DNA of 59,957 nucleotides. Source: a virus (Duplodnaviria; Caudoviricetes). The DNA lies in IMG/VR virus record IMGVR_UViG_3300017774_002371, positions 1-59,957 of that record; one strand, given 5' to 3'. A program made the position numbers and the translations under genes. The notes beneath the pieces were generated by a model. That model was not told the DNA's origin, searched no databases, and saw nothing but the letters and a program-made list of their open reading frames with translations. Of this stretch, positions 46,277 through 55,660 are shown piece after piece; position 1 is the stretch's first letter, and each line of letters begins with the position of its first letter.

Positions 46277-48283
46277 ATGGCATTTAGAGTAAGCCCTGGC
46301 GTAAGCATTAAAGAGGTTGACCTGACCACGATTGTCCCCGCAGTAGCCACCACACCTGGCGGTTTTGCGGGTTACTTCCACTGGGGACCAGTTGATGAGA
46401 TCGTCACGGTCGCGCAGGAAACCGAACTTGCAAATATTTTCGGAAAGCCACAGAACGACAACTATGTGGACTTCTTTACTCCCGCAAACTTCCTGTCTTA
46501 TGGAAACAACTGCCAAGTTGTGCGCGTGGTTGGTTCAGCGGCAAAGAACTCCCATGTCACGAAGAGCGGAACCACGGGAACGGGTATCGCTACTCTCCTG
46601 ATCACGAACGAAACCAACTTTGGAGCCAGTGCGGGTCTTTCAGGTTCAACGCCAGCAGCAAACGGTGCAGTACTGTTTGCTTCCAAGTATCCTGGTGCGC
46701 TTGGCAACTCCCTGAAAGTTGTCATCACTAGCGGAACAGGCACGACAGGCGGGACTCTCGCCGCTGCTGCTTCGCTCGGAAACACCACTATTCGCATCAC
46801 CAAGCCCGCTGGAACAACCTCTTCATTCAGCGTTGGCGATGAAATCACATTCTTTGATGGTACTAGCGTTACTGTCAGTGGTGTATCTGGACGCACTCCG
46901 TCAAGCGGAGATGTTTTCGGTGTAAGCGGTTCTGCCTCGGGAATCACGCTGACGCTTTCTGCCATGCTTACCAAGGATCAGGCTAGTGGAATGACCTACA
47001 CACACAAGAGTGTGTATGCGAAGTATGTGGGGGCAAACTCATATACGACACCATTTGCTGCTGATGCTGGTGGATCTGGCGATCAGATCAATGTGCTTGT
47101 GTTTGATAAGGACGGCACATGGACTGGCACTGCAAACACTCTGCTTGAGAAGTTTGAAGGACTGTCTCGCGCAAGCACTGCTCGTAAGTTTGACGGGAGC
47201 AGCAACTACTACCGCACCGTCATCAACGATCAGTCTGAGTACATTTGGGCATTGCAGCAAGATGTTCAGGCTAACACAGCCTTCCTTGCCACAAAGACCG
47301 ATTGGACACGGATTGGTGCTGCTTTGGCATTTGAAACATTCGTTGCTGACGATGTGACCGTTCTTGGCTTGACTGGAGCGGCTTCCGCCATTCCAAATGA
47401 CTCCGAGCGTTGGTCGAGTGGATGGAGCAAGTTTGCAGATGCTGACGAGGTTGATGTGTCTCTGCTGCCAACAGGAAACGCCAGTTCAACACTGGAAACC
47501 CTGATCGTGCAGAATGTGTGCGAGAAGCGTCTGGACTGCATGGCATTCTGCTCACCCGCACAGACGGATGTAGAGAACAAGTTGCCGTATGAAGCCTTGA
47601 ACTCGCTCAAGACTTTCCGCGACAGCACCCTTAACATCAACTCGTCCTATGCAGTCATCGACAGCGGTTGGAAGTATCAACTTGACACCTACAACAATGT
47701 CATTCGTATCCTTCCGTTGAACGCAGACATCGCAGGTCTGGTTGCTCGTACAGAGTTCACGAACGAGGCTTGGTTCTCGCCCGCAGGTTTCAACCGTGGT
47801 CAGATCAAGAATGTGGTCAAGTTGGCATACAACCCCTCGTCCGAGGCTCACCGTGACGAACTGTACACCCGTCAGGTGAACCCCGTGGTGTCGTTCCCAG
47901 GCGAAGGCACGATCCTGTTCGGTGACAAGACCGCACAGACGCGCCCAAGCGCATTTGACCGCATTAATGTCCGCCGTCTGTTCATCATCCTAGAGAAGGC
48001 GATTGCCACCGCTTCCAAGTTCTTCCTGTTTGAGCAGAACGATTCGTTCACTCGCGCACAGTTCAAGAACCTTGTTGTTCCGTTCCTCAAGACGGTTCAG
48101 CAGCGGCGTGGCATCACCGACTTCAAGGTGGTGTGCGATGAAACCAACAACACAGGTGAAGTAATCGACCGCAACGAGTTTGTGGCTGACATCTTCGTCA
48201 AGCCAACTCGCAGCATCAACTTCATCCAGTTGAACTTTGTCGCCACTAAAACTGGCGTAAACTTCAGCGAAGTCGGGGCTTGA
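46277..48283 (+). CDS. gp18: Tail sheath protein
   Basis: SPGVSIKEVDLT, WGPVDE, WFSPAGFNRG, GDKT...SAFDRINVRRLF and KPTRSINFIQLNFVAT. Confidence 0.98.
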   Translation: MAFRVSPGVSIKEVDLTTIVPAVATTPGGFAGYFHWGPVDEIVTVAQETELANIFGKPQNDNYVDFFTPANFLSYGNNCQVVRVVGSAAKNSHVTKSGTTGTGIATLLITNETNFGASAGLSGSTPAANGAVLFASKYPGALGNSLKVVITSGTGTTGGTLAAAASLGNTTIRITKPAGTTSSFSVGDEITFFDGTSVTVSGVSGRTPSSGDVFGVSGSASGITLTLSAMLTKDQASGMTYTHKSVYAKYVGANSYTTPFAADAGGSGDQINVLVFDKDGTWTGTANTLLEKFEGLSRASTARKFDGSSNYYRTVINDQSEYIWALQQDVQANTAFLATKTDWTRIGAALAFETFVADDVTVLGLTGAASAIPNDSERWSSGWSKFADADEVDVSLLPTGNASSTLETLIVQNVCEKRLDCMAFCSPAQTDVENKLPYEALNSLKTFRDSTLNINSSYAVIDSGWKYQLDTYNNVIRILPLNADIAGLVARTEFTNEAWFSPAGFNRGQIKNVVKLAYNPSSEAHRDELYTRQVNPVVSFPGEGTILFGDKTAQTRPSAFDRINVRRLFIILEKAIATASKFFLFEQNDSFTRAQFKNLVVPFLKTVQQRRGITDFKVVCDETNNTGEVIDRNEFVADIFVKPTRSINFIQLNFVATKTGVNFSEVGA

Positions 48284-48288
48284 TAGCC

Positions 48289-48294
48289 TAAATA
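48289..48294 (+). promoter_or_regulatory. Late promoter TAAATA upstream of gp19
   Basis: Intergenic CTAAATA followed by AAGGAG. Confidence 0.65.
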
Positions 48295-48311
48295 AGTCCA
48301 AGGAGTAATCC

Positions 48312-48923
48312 ATGCCAGTAGATCCTACAAACAATATTTCGGGATTTGTAAACGCCTTCGCTGGCGGTGGTGTACGCACGAATCTGTTCCTAGTCACGGG
48401 AAACATCCCTGGCTACTCCAACAACCGTGCCATCTCGTTCCTGTGCAAGGCTGCACAGATTCCCGCGTCCTCGCTCGGCACCATTGAGGTTCCGTACCGT
48501 GGTCGCCGCATCAAGTTGCCTGGTGACCGTACCTTCCAAGACTGGTCGATCACGGTCATCTCCGATGCAAACATGAGCCTGCGGTCGGCATTTGAATATT
48601 GGAGTGCGATTTTCAACTCCCATGTCTCCAATGTCACTGCCCGCAACTTCATGCAGTTCATGCCCACATGGTCGGTGACCCAACTGTACCGCGATGGTGA
48701 AGCCATGCGTACATACAACTTCATCGGGTGCTTCCCGAGCGAAGTGGGTGCAATCGACCTGTCGTTCGAGAACAACGACAGCATTGCAGAGTTCCCCGTC
48801 ACCCTCAACTACTCTTGGTGGGAGGCTGCTGCTGGTGCCGCAGTTCCTGCCACAGGAACAGGTCAGGAGAACATCCAATCCCTGCTGCAACAGGCTGGCA
48901 TCAACATCGGTCAGGGCTTCTAA
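48312..48923 (+). CDS. gp19: Tail tube protein
   Basis: GGVRTNLF, FLCKAAQIPAS.LG.IEVPYRGR.IK.PGDRTF.DW and FPSEVGAIDLS. Follows gp18. Confidence 0.96.
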   Translation: MPVDPTNNISGFVNAFAGGGVRTNLFLVTGNIPGYSNNRAISFLCKAAQIPASSLGTIEVPYRGRRIKLPGDRTFQDWSITVISDANMSLRSAFEYWSAIFNSHVSNVTARNFMQFMPTWSVTQLYRDGEAMRTYNFIGCFPSEVGAIDLSFENNDSIAEFPVTLNYSWWEAAAGAAVPATGTGQENIQSLLQQAGINIGQGF

Positions 48924-48950
48924 AGTCCCTTTTGACAGGATTCTTTATTC

Positions 48951-50603
48951 ATGGCAATCAAACTATTTGGCTTCACGCTCTCAAAGGACGAAGGGACTTC
49001 TTCGGAGGAATCCAAGAAGTCTCTTTCCTTTGTACCGCCCGACTACGATGACGGCACGGTTCCCATTGAGGTGGGTGGATATTTCGGAGCGGTTGTTGAC
49101 TTTGACGGCACGATCAAGTCCGACATAGAACTCATCCGTAAGTACCGCGACATGGCTCTCCACCCCGAGGTGGAGTCTGCCATTTCAGATATCTGCAACG
49201 AAGCCATCGTGTACGATGACACCTTTACCACGGTAAAGATTGACACCACGCATTTGAAGCAGTCCCACTCCATCAAGGACAAGATTGAGGCAGAGTTTGA
49301 GGAAGTGCTTGCCTTGCTTGACTTCTCGCGGCGCGGCTACGAGATTTTCCGCAAGTGGTATATTGACAGTCGCCTGTACTACCACATCATTGCGGATGAC
49401 GGCAACAAGAAGAAGGGCATCAAGGAACTTCGTCCCATTGATCCCACAAAGATCCGCAAGGTTCGCCGCATCGTCAAGAAGCCGCTTGACAAAAACAACG
49501 CTGCTGGCGTTGGCATACAACTCGTCACATCGGTTGAAGAGTTCTATGTGTACAACGAGCAGCAGCCGAACTCGTCCACGCTGCAACTTGAGGGATTGAA
49601 GATTTATCCCGACTCCATCTGCTTTGTACACAGCGGACTGTTTGATGGATACCACAAGAAGATCATCGGCTATCTGCACAAGGCTATCAAGGCTCTGAAC
49701 CAACTCCGCATGATTGAGGACGCAGTGGTGATCTATCGCATCACCCGCGCTCCCGAGCGGCGCGTGTTCTATGTGGATGTCGGAAACCTGCCGAAGCAGA
49801 AGGCAGAGGAATATGTGCGCGGCTTGATGCAGCGGTATCGCAACAAGTTGATGTACGATCCGAACACTGGCGAAGTGCAGGATTCGCGCAAGCACCTGTC
49901 CATGCTTGAGGATTTCTGGATGCCACGGCGCGAAGGCGGTCGCGGCACGGAGATTCAGACGCTTGAGGCAGGACAAAACCTGTCCGAGATGGACGATGTA
50001 AAGTACTTTCAGAAGAAACTGTTTCAGTCTCTCAATGTTCCGTCCTCGCGTCTTGAGGAAACCACGGGGTTCAACCTGGGCAAGGCTTCCGAGATTTCAC
50101 GCGATGAGGTAAAGTTCTTTAAGTTCATTGAACGCCTCCGCATGAAGTTCGCAGAACTGTTTCTTGAACTGCTGCGCGTGCAGTTGGTGATGAAGGGCAT
50201 CATTAAGGACAGCGAGTGGGACGAGATTGAAGACCGCATTGCGTTCAAGTTTGCGAAGGACTCGCACTTCTCCGAATTGAAGGAGAGCGAGATTCTGAAG
50301 GATCGCTTGCAGAGCGCACGGGACGCAGAGGATTTCGTGGGCAAGTACTACTCCCGCGAATGGGTACGCAAGAAGATCCTGCGTCAGACCGAGGACGATG
50401 TAGAGCAGATTGACAAGCAGATAGAGGCAGAGCAGGCTGCTGGTCTGATTGCGCCTCCTGGTCAGGACATGGGCATGGGTCAACCCATGCCAGGCGAGCC
50501 ACAGCCTGCCCCTGCTCCTGCTTCCATGAACAGTGGTGGCGAACAGCCACAGGTAACGATAGGTGAAATCGTCCCTGCGGACGAAGAAGACATGAACGAT
50601 TGA
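48951..50603 (+). CDS. gp20: Portal protein
   Basis: YRDMALHPEVESAI.DI.NEAI, NQLRMIEDAVVIYRITRAPERRVFYVDVGNLPK.KAEEY and EDFWMPRREGGRGTEI. Confidence 0.98.
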   Translation: MAIKLFGFTLSKDEGTSSEESKKSLSFVPPDYDDGTVPIEVGGYFGAVVDFDGTIKSDIELIRKYRDMALHPEVESAISDICNEAIVYDDTFTTVKIDTTHLKQSHSIKDKIEAEFEEVLALLDFSRRGYEIFRKWYIDSRLYYHIIADDGNKKKGIKELRPIDPTKIRKVRRIVKKPLDKNNAAGVGIQLVTSVEEFYVYNEQQPNSSTLQLEGLKIYPDSICFVHSGLFDGYHKKIIGYLHKAIKALNQLRMIEDAVVIYRITRAPERRVFYVDVGNLPKQKAEEYVRGLMQRYRNKLMYDPNTGEVQDSRKHLSMLEDFWMPRREGGRGTEIQTLEAGQNLSEMDDVKYFQKKLFQSLNVPSSRLEETTGFNLGKASEISRDEVKFFKFIERLRMKFAELFLELLRVQLVMKGIIKDSEWDEIEDRIAFKFAKDSHFSELKESEILKDRLQSARDAEDFVGKYYSREWVRKKILRQTEDDVEQIDKQIEAEQAAGLIAPPGQDMGMGQPMPGEPQPAPAPASMNSGGEQPQVTIGEIVPADEEDMND

Positions 50604-50613
50604 GAGGTACACC

Positions 50614-50778
50614 ATGCTACAGTCATTTGAAGATTTCCGCGCAGCCGTGTCATCCGCCTTGAAGGACAAGGTGGCGCAGCGCATAGAAGCGGAAAAAGAG
50701 CATATTTCAAACCAACTGTTTCATGCAGTTGGCGCAGAAACCACCGAAGAATCCCAGTCAAACGAAACGGAAAACTAA
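50614..50778 (+). CDS. Small prohead core protein (gp67-like)
   Basis: Not in the ORF track (54 aa): MLQSFEDFRAAVSSALKDKVAQRIEAEKEHISNQLF..., with GAGG SD. It occupies the slot between portal and protease. Confidence 0.6.
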   Translation: MLQSFEDFRAAVSSALKDKVAQRIEAEKEHISNQLFHAVGAETTEESQSNETEN

Positions 50779-50781
50779 ATA
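50776..50781 (+). promoter_or_regulatory. Late promoter TAAATA
   Basis: CTAAATA overlaps the upstream stop codon and precedes an AAGGAG SD. Confidence 0.55.
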
Positions 50782-50805
50782 ATCGTGTCTGTAAAAGGAG
50801 AACAC

Positions 50806-51207
50806 ATGGATACCCACAAAAAGATTGCAAAGGCACTGGTCAACAAGAGTTTTGCCGAAGCCAAGGAATTGGTCTTCAAGTCGCTGTATGCCAAGGCTTC
50901 GCTTGCTATGGACGAGGCTCGCTTTGCTGTGGCTAACGCCGTGTTCAACGAAGCCAAGACCGCTCCTGACACTGGCGTTCCCGCTGGTGCAAGCGAGGAC
51001 AAGTTCAAGGCTGCTCGCGCTACGATCAAGAAGGCTGGCTACAAGGCTAAACTCGGCAAGGGCGTTCCCGCTGGTGCGATGAAGGAAGAAGCCGAACTAG
51101 AAGAAGCCAAGAACAAGAAGATGAAGGAGTGGACTCCTCGCTTGGACAAACTGATGAACAACCGTGACGCTGTTCGCAGCAAGCCTATGAAAAAGGCTAA
51201 AGACTAA
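50806..51207 (+). CDS. Prohead core protein (gp67/gp68-like slot)
   Basis: Lys/Ala/Glu-rich, between portal and gp21. SD AAGGAG precedes the ATG at 50806. Confidence 0.6.
   Translation: MDTHKKIAKALVNKSFAEAKELVFKSLYAKASLAMDEARFAVANAVFNEAKTAPDTGVPAGASEDKFKAARATIKKAGYKAKLGKGVPAGAMKEEAELEEAKNKKMKEWTPRLDKLMNNRDAVRSKPMKKAKD
50974..51077 (+). repeat. 17-nt direct repeat GGCGTTCCCGCTGGTGC, two copies, encoding GVPAGA
   Basis: Identical copies at 50974-50990 and 51061-51077. Confidence 0.8.
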
Positions 51208-51848
51208 TGAAACTCATCACCGAAACAGTTCAGGACATCAATATTCTGACCGAAACCAAAGACGGTCAGAAGCACTACTTCATTGAAGGCGTGTTCATGC
51301 AGGCTGAAGCGAAGAATCGCAACGGTCGCGTGTACCCTATGCCTGTCATGGAGAAGGAACTTGGTCGATATCAGAACGAATATGTAAAGACCAACCGCGC
51401 TATGGGCGAACTCGGTCACCCCGAGGGTCCAACCGTGAACCTTGAGCGCGTTTCCCACCTCATCAAGGACTTGCGCCTTGAGGGAAACGATGTATACGGC
51501 AAAGCCAAGATCCTTGATACGCCATACGGCAAGATTGTCCGCAACCTTATTGACGAGGGTGTCAAACTGGGCGTTTCGTCCCGTGGCATGGGCAGTCTGA
51601 AGGAGCAGGACGGGGTAAATGTCGTGCAGGAAGACTTCATGCTCGCTGCGGTGGATGTGGTCGCTGACCCGTCTGCTCCCAATGCATTTGTCAACGGCAT
51701 CATGGAAGGACGGGAGTGGATTTGGGATGGTGGAGTCCTCAAGCCTGTAGAGGTTGAGAACTACAAGCGTATCATTGAAAAAACCTCTTCTCGCAATTTG
51801 GAAGAACAAGCCATGCGGCTGTTCAAGGACTTCATTTCAAAACTCTGA
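51207..51848 (+). CDS. gp21: Prohead protease
   Basis: MKLITE, IEGVFMQAE.KNRNGRVYP, GELGHP, GVSSRGMGSL and DVVADPSAPNAFV. Confidence 0.98.
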   Translation: MKLITETVQDINILTETKDGQKHYFIEGVFMQAEAKNRNGRVYPMPVMEKELGRYQNEYVKTNRAMGELGHPEGPTVNLERVSHLIKDLRLEGNDVYGKAKILDTPYGKIVRNLIDEGVKLGVSSRGMGSLKEQDGVNVVQEDFMLAAVDVVADPSAPNAFVNGIMEGREWIWDGGVLKPVEVENYKRIIEKTSSRNLEEQAMRLFKDFISKL

Positions 51849-51854
51849 CGAGTC

Positions 51855-51860
51855 TAAATA
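51855..51860 (+). promoter_or_regulatory. Late promoter TAAATA upstream of gp22
   Basis: Intergenic CTAAATA followed by AAGGAG. Confidence 0.65.
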
Positions 51861-51884
51861 CTCTCTAGAAGGAGATCAACAGTC

Positions 51885-53081
51885 ATGGCTAACGAAAAGA
51901 TCGAAGATGTCATCAAGAAGGTAATCCTGGGCGAAGGCTTCCTTGCGGAGAACGCCGAGGAGCAGGATATCCCCGAGGGCGAGGACACCTCCGATGAGGA
52001 AGCCATCGCTGAAGAGGAAGTCTACGAGGACGCAGAAGAAATCGTAGAGGAAGAAGAACTCGAAGAAGCCAAGGACGAAGAGTCCGAGGAAGAAGAGGAA
52101 GAGGAAGAAGAGGAGGACGAAGAAGAGTCCAAGGGCAAGAAGAAGATGCCTGCTTTCCTCAAGGGCAAGTTCGGCAAGAAGAAGGAGAAGGTTGAAGAAG
52201 CCGCCTCTGACTATGCCAGCACCAAGATCGCCCACGATGTGAACAAGAAGGGTCAGAAGATTGCCGAGCCAACTGGCGATGCCAGCGGCAAGAACAAGGG
52301 AACCATCAAGGCAAAGCCATCTGCTGCCAAGGCTGAAACCAAGATTCCTGAAGTCAAGCCCACCGTGAAGGAAGACATTGCTGTTCTTCTCAGCGGTCAG
52401 GAACTCTCTGAGGACTTCAAGACTTCTGCTGCCACGCTGTTTGAGGCTCATCTGAACGAGCGCGCTCGTCAGATCGAAGAAGAGGTTCAGGCGAAGTACG
52501 AGGATCTGCTTGAGCAGCACACCGTTGCCGTCACCGAAGAACTCGTTGAGCGCATTGACGAGTACCTGAACTATGTGGTTGAGGAGTGGATGCAGGAGAA
52601 TCGCCTTGCCGTTGAGCAGGGACTCCGCACCGAGATCACCGAGAACTTCATTGGCAACCTCCGTTCGCTCTTTGCCGAGTCGTACATTGAGGTTCCCGAG
52701 GAGAAACTTGACCTCTTTGAGTCCACTGTTGAGCAGGCGGAAGCCCTTGACGACGAACTACAGAGCCAGGTTGAGAAGAACATTGAACTCTCTGAAGAGG
52801 TCGAGCAGTTGAAGTGCGAGATCGTGTTCCGCGAGATCGCAGAAGGTCTGACCGACACTGACAGCGAGAAACTTCGTCGTCTTGCCGAAGACCTTGAGTT
52901 CGATACTGTTGAGCAATTTGCCGAGAAGTTGGGTGTTCTCCGTGAGAACATCGAAACCATCGGCACTAGTGCCGAGGAAAGCACCGAAGAGGAGTCCCTT
53001 GAGGAGTCCTACGAGGAAGCCACCGAAGCGTCCCCGCTTGTCGAAGCATATGTGCGTTCGATGAGCAAAAGAGAAGAGTAA
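51885..53081 (+). CDS. gp22: Prohead scaffold protein
   Basis: Highly acidic, with ELSEDFK..A.TLFEA and IDEYLNYVVEEWM.EN.LAVE.GLRTEI.ENF. Lies between gp21 and gp23. Confidence 0.94.
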   Translation: MANEKIEDVIKKVILGEGFLAENAEEQDIPEGEDTSDEEAIAEEEVYEDAEEIVEEEELEEAKDEESEEEEEEEEEEDEEESKGKKKMPAFLKGKFGKKKEKVEEAASDYASTKIAHDVNKKGQKIAEPTGDASGKNKGTIKAKPSAAKAETKIPEVKPTVKEDIAVLLSGQELSEDFKTSAATLFEAHLNERARQIEEEVQAKYEDLLEQHTVAVTEELVERIDEYLNYVVEEWMQENRLAVEQGLRTEITENFIGNLRSLFAESYIEVPEEKLDLFESTVEQAEALDDELQSQVEKNIELSEEVEQLKCEIVFREIAEGLTDTDSEKLRRLAEDLEFDTVEQFAEKLGVLRENIETIGTSAEESTEEESLEESYEEATEASPLVEAYVRSMSKREE

Positions 53082-53134
53082 TCTTCAAGTTAGTTTCTTT
53101 CAGTCTCTAGACTGTTACAAATAAGGAGTAGGAA

Positions 53135-54577
53135 ATGGAAAACAAGTTTCTAACAGAGCAGGCTATCCGCAAGTGGAAGCCCGTTCTAGATCACAAGGAC
53201 ATGGCTCCGATCACGGATGCCCACAAGCGTGCTACGATGGCTACCCTTCTGGAGAACCAGGAGAAGGCTATCAAGGAGCAGATGCTCGTTGAAACCAACA
53301 CTGTTGGTGGTGGTATGTCGCCTCTTGCTGGCAGCGAAAACGCCAACCTCAAGGGCTACGATCCCATCCTCATCCAACTTGTTCGTCGTGCCATGCCAAA
53401 CCTCATGGCTTACGACATCTGCGGCGTTCAGGCTATGTCGGCTCCGACAGGTCTGATCTTCGCAATGCGTAGCAAGTACGATGCTCAGGGCGGTTCTGAG
53501 GCTTTCTACAACGAGCCATCGGCTGCTTACGCAGGTTCTACCGCTGCTCCGAACAACGGCAGCACCGCTGCTCCCGCAGGTGGTCCTGGTAAGGGAACCA
53601 CCGCTGCGTTTGGTCCTGGCACTGGTGTTGATCCGTTCTTCGGCTACGCTGGTACTTCGACCAATCCCACCACAGACAGCGGCTTGACCGTTGGTTCTGG
53701 TGTTCAGACAACCGTTGGTGAGGGACAAGGTCCGAACCTGATGGCATTCAGCATTGAGCGCGTTGCTGTTCAGGCTGCAACTCGTATGCTTGGTGCAAAC
53801 TACAGCATCGAACTTGCTCAAGACCTCAAGGCTGTTCACGGTCTTGATGCCGAGACAGAACTCGCCAACATTCTCAGCACTGAAATCCTTGCTGAAATCA
53901 ACCGCGAAGTCGTTCGTACCGTCTACCGTTCTGCCAAACTCGGAGCGCAGCAGACCGATCTGTACTACAAGACGGTTGTTGGTGGTCTGAGCAGCGGTTC
54001 GGCTTACGGTGGCGTGTACGATCTCATTCAGGACTCGGATGGTCGTTGGAGCGCGGAAAAGTTCCGTGGTCTGATGTTCCAGATTGAGCGTGAGTGCAAT
54101 CAGATCGCCAAGGATACCCGTCGCGGCAAGGGCAACTTCATCATCTGCTCGGCAGATGTTGCTTCTGCCCTCGCAATGGGTGGCTTCCTGAACATCAGCC
54201 CCGCGCTGAATGTCAGCCTTGATGTTGATGACACTGGCAACACCTTTGCTGGTACCCTCAACGGCAAGATCAAGGTCTACATCGACCCCTATGTCGATGT
54301 TACCAGTGGAACCGCTCCCAACTTCGTCTGCGTTGGATATAAGGGAAGCAGCCCGTATGACGCGGGTATCTTCTACTGCCCGTATGTCCCACTACAGATG
54401 ATGCGTGCTGTTGACACCACGACCTTCCAGCCCAAGATGGCGTTCAAGACGCGCTACGGCATGGTTGCGAACCCCTTCGCTGAGGGTGCAACACAGGGTC
54501 TGGGTGCGCTCAGCGCACGCAAGAATGTCTACTACCGCATCTTCCGTGTGGACAACCTCCACGGCGTTGCATCGTAA
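53135..54577 (+). CDS. gp23: Major capsid protein
   Basis: KWKPVLD, LLENQE, DPILIQLVRRAMPNL.AYDICGVQ, ELAQDLKAVHGLDAETELANILSTEI..EINRE, YDAGIFYCPYVPL and FQPK..FKTRYG. Confidence 0.99.
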   Translation: MENKFLTEQAIRKWKPVLDHKDMAPITDAHKRATMATLLENQEKAIKEQMLVETNTVGGGMSPLAGSENANLKGYDPILIQLVRRAMPNLMAYDICGVQAMSAPTGLIFAMRSKYDAQGGSEAFYNEPSAAYAGSTAAPNNGSTAAPAGGPGKGTTAAFGPGTGVDPFFGYAGTSTNPTTDSGLTVGSGVQTTVGEGQGPNLMAFSIERVAVQAATRMLGANYSIELAQDLKAVHGLDAETELANILSTEILAEINREVVRTVYRSAKLGAQQTDLYYKTVVGGLSSGSAYGGVYDLIQDSDGRWSAEKFRGLMFQIERECNQIAKDTRRGKGNFIICSADVASALAMGGFLNISPALNVSLDVDDTGNTFAGTLNGKIKVYIDPYVDVTSGTAPNFVCVGYKGSSPYDAGIFYCPYVPLQMMRAVDTTTFQPKMAFKTRYGMVANPFAEGATQGLGALSARKNVYYRIFRVDNLHGVAS

Positions 54578-54600
54578 TAGACTGCACTAAACCTTACGAT

Positions 54601-54627
54601 GGGGGAGGGGGAAACCCCTCCCCTTTT
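54601..54627 (+). terminator. Rho-independent terminator after gp23
   Basis: GGGGAGGGG-GAAA-CCCCTCCCC followed by TTTT. Confidence 0.9.
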
Positions 54628-54633
54628 CGTTTC

Positions 54634-54639
54634 TACATA
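54634..54639 (+). promoter_or_regulatory. Candidate late promoter TACATA immediately before gp3
   Basis: Lies between the terminator and the ATG at 54645 (5-nt gap, no SD). Confidence 0.5.
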
Positions 54640-54644
54640 CTGTT

Positions 54645-55172
54645 ATGGCAAACACCTTCACATTCGCGGACATCCCCGAAGATATCAAGGATCGGTATCC
54701 TGAGCGCATCAACGCGATGCTGCCCACCTACTACAGGTTCAGCATATCGCGTCTGCCCAATACGATGTACTTCTGTCAGAGCGCGTCCCTGCCCACCATC
54801 ACGATGAGTGAGGTGCAGATGCCCAACCCGTTCATGCCCATCAAGGCTCCGTCCAAGATGGACTTTGACGAGTTGAGCATTTCATTCATCGTGGACGAAG
54901 AAATGAAAAACTGGCTTGAGATATTCAACTGGATGCGCTCCTGCACGAATGTGGAGGACTACGAGGAGTTCCGTGGCACAAACACGCACACCTGTACGGC
55001 AAACCTTGTGATACTGAACAGCAAGAAGAATCCAAAAATAAATGTCACATTTGAGGGGCTGTTCCCACGAACGCTTGGTTCCATTGATTTCAGTTCCACA
55101 GTGATTGATCCTGAGCCATTTCAATGCACCGCCACATTCGCGTACAGAAACTACAATATTGAAACCATGTGA
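54645..55172 (+). CDS. gp3: Tail tube terminator / tail completion protein
   Basis: FSISRLPNTMYFCQSASLP, FIVDEEMKNWLEIFNWM and F.GLFP..LG. The gene follows gp23 and precedes uvsY. Confidence 0.85.
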   Translation: MANTFTFADIPEDIKDRYPERINAMLPTYYRFSISRLPNTMYFCQSASLPTITMSEVQMPNPFMPIKAPSKMDFDELSISFIVDEEMKNWLEIFNWMRSCTNVEDYEEFRGTNTHTCTANLVILNSKKNPKINVTFEGLFPRTLGSIDFSSTVIDPEPFQCTATFAYRNYNIETM

Positions 55173-55179
55173 TTCTTGG

Positions 55180-55207
55180 TTGACTGCCCTTCTCCGTGGT
55201 GTAGACT
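55180..55207 (+). promoter_or_regulatory. Sigma70-type promoter for uvsY
   Basis: TTGACT (55180-55185), 16-nt spacer, TAGACT (55202-55207). Confidence 0.5.
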
Positions 55208-55225
55208 ACGCTCACGGAGAAAAGT

Positions 55226-55660
55226 ATGACCCTAGACGATATTCGCAAAGAACTACAGCGCGACATGGTGTTGGACGATGCGGCTCTTGACATTGAGTCG
55301 CTGAAGATTCCCCAACTCCACAGCAAGTACCTGAACTTCCTCATGGACGAGCGGTTGGCACTGCGGAAACTGGAAACAGACTACCGTGTGCTGCTCCGTG
55401 CCAAGTGGGAGTACTATACAGGCAAGATGTCGCAGGAAGAACTGACTGCGCGGGGATGGGAACCGTTTGCGCTGAAGATCCTACGGAACGATCTTGACCT
55501 GTACCTTGACTCTGATGCTGATCTGATCAAGTTGAAGCAGAAGTCCGACTTCCAAAAAGAGAAGATCGCCTTGCTTGAGGAAGTCGTGAAGGAACTGAAC
55601 ACGCGCCATTGGAAGATCCGCAATGCAATTGAGTGGAGGCGATTCACCAATGGGCAGTGA
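55226..55660 (+). CDS. uvsY: Recombination mediator
   Basis: D..LD...LDIESLKIPQLHSKYL, KWEYYTGK, YLDSDAD and R.WKIRNAIEWRRF. Confidence 0.93.
   Translation: MTLDDIRKELQRDMVLDDAALDIESLKIPQLHSKYLNFLMDERLALRKLETDYRVLLRAKWEYYTGKMSQEELTARGWEPFALKILRNDLDLYLDSDADLIKLKQKSDFQKEKIALLEEVVKELNTRHWKIRNAIEWRRFTNGQ

Noticed and set aside
51960-52130. GAA/GAG-rich repetitive DNA
   Set aside because: It encodes the poly-Glu region of the gp22 scaffold and is not an independent repeat element.
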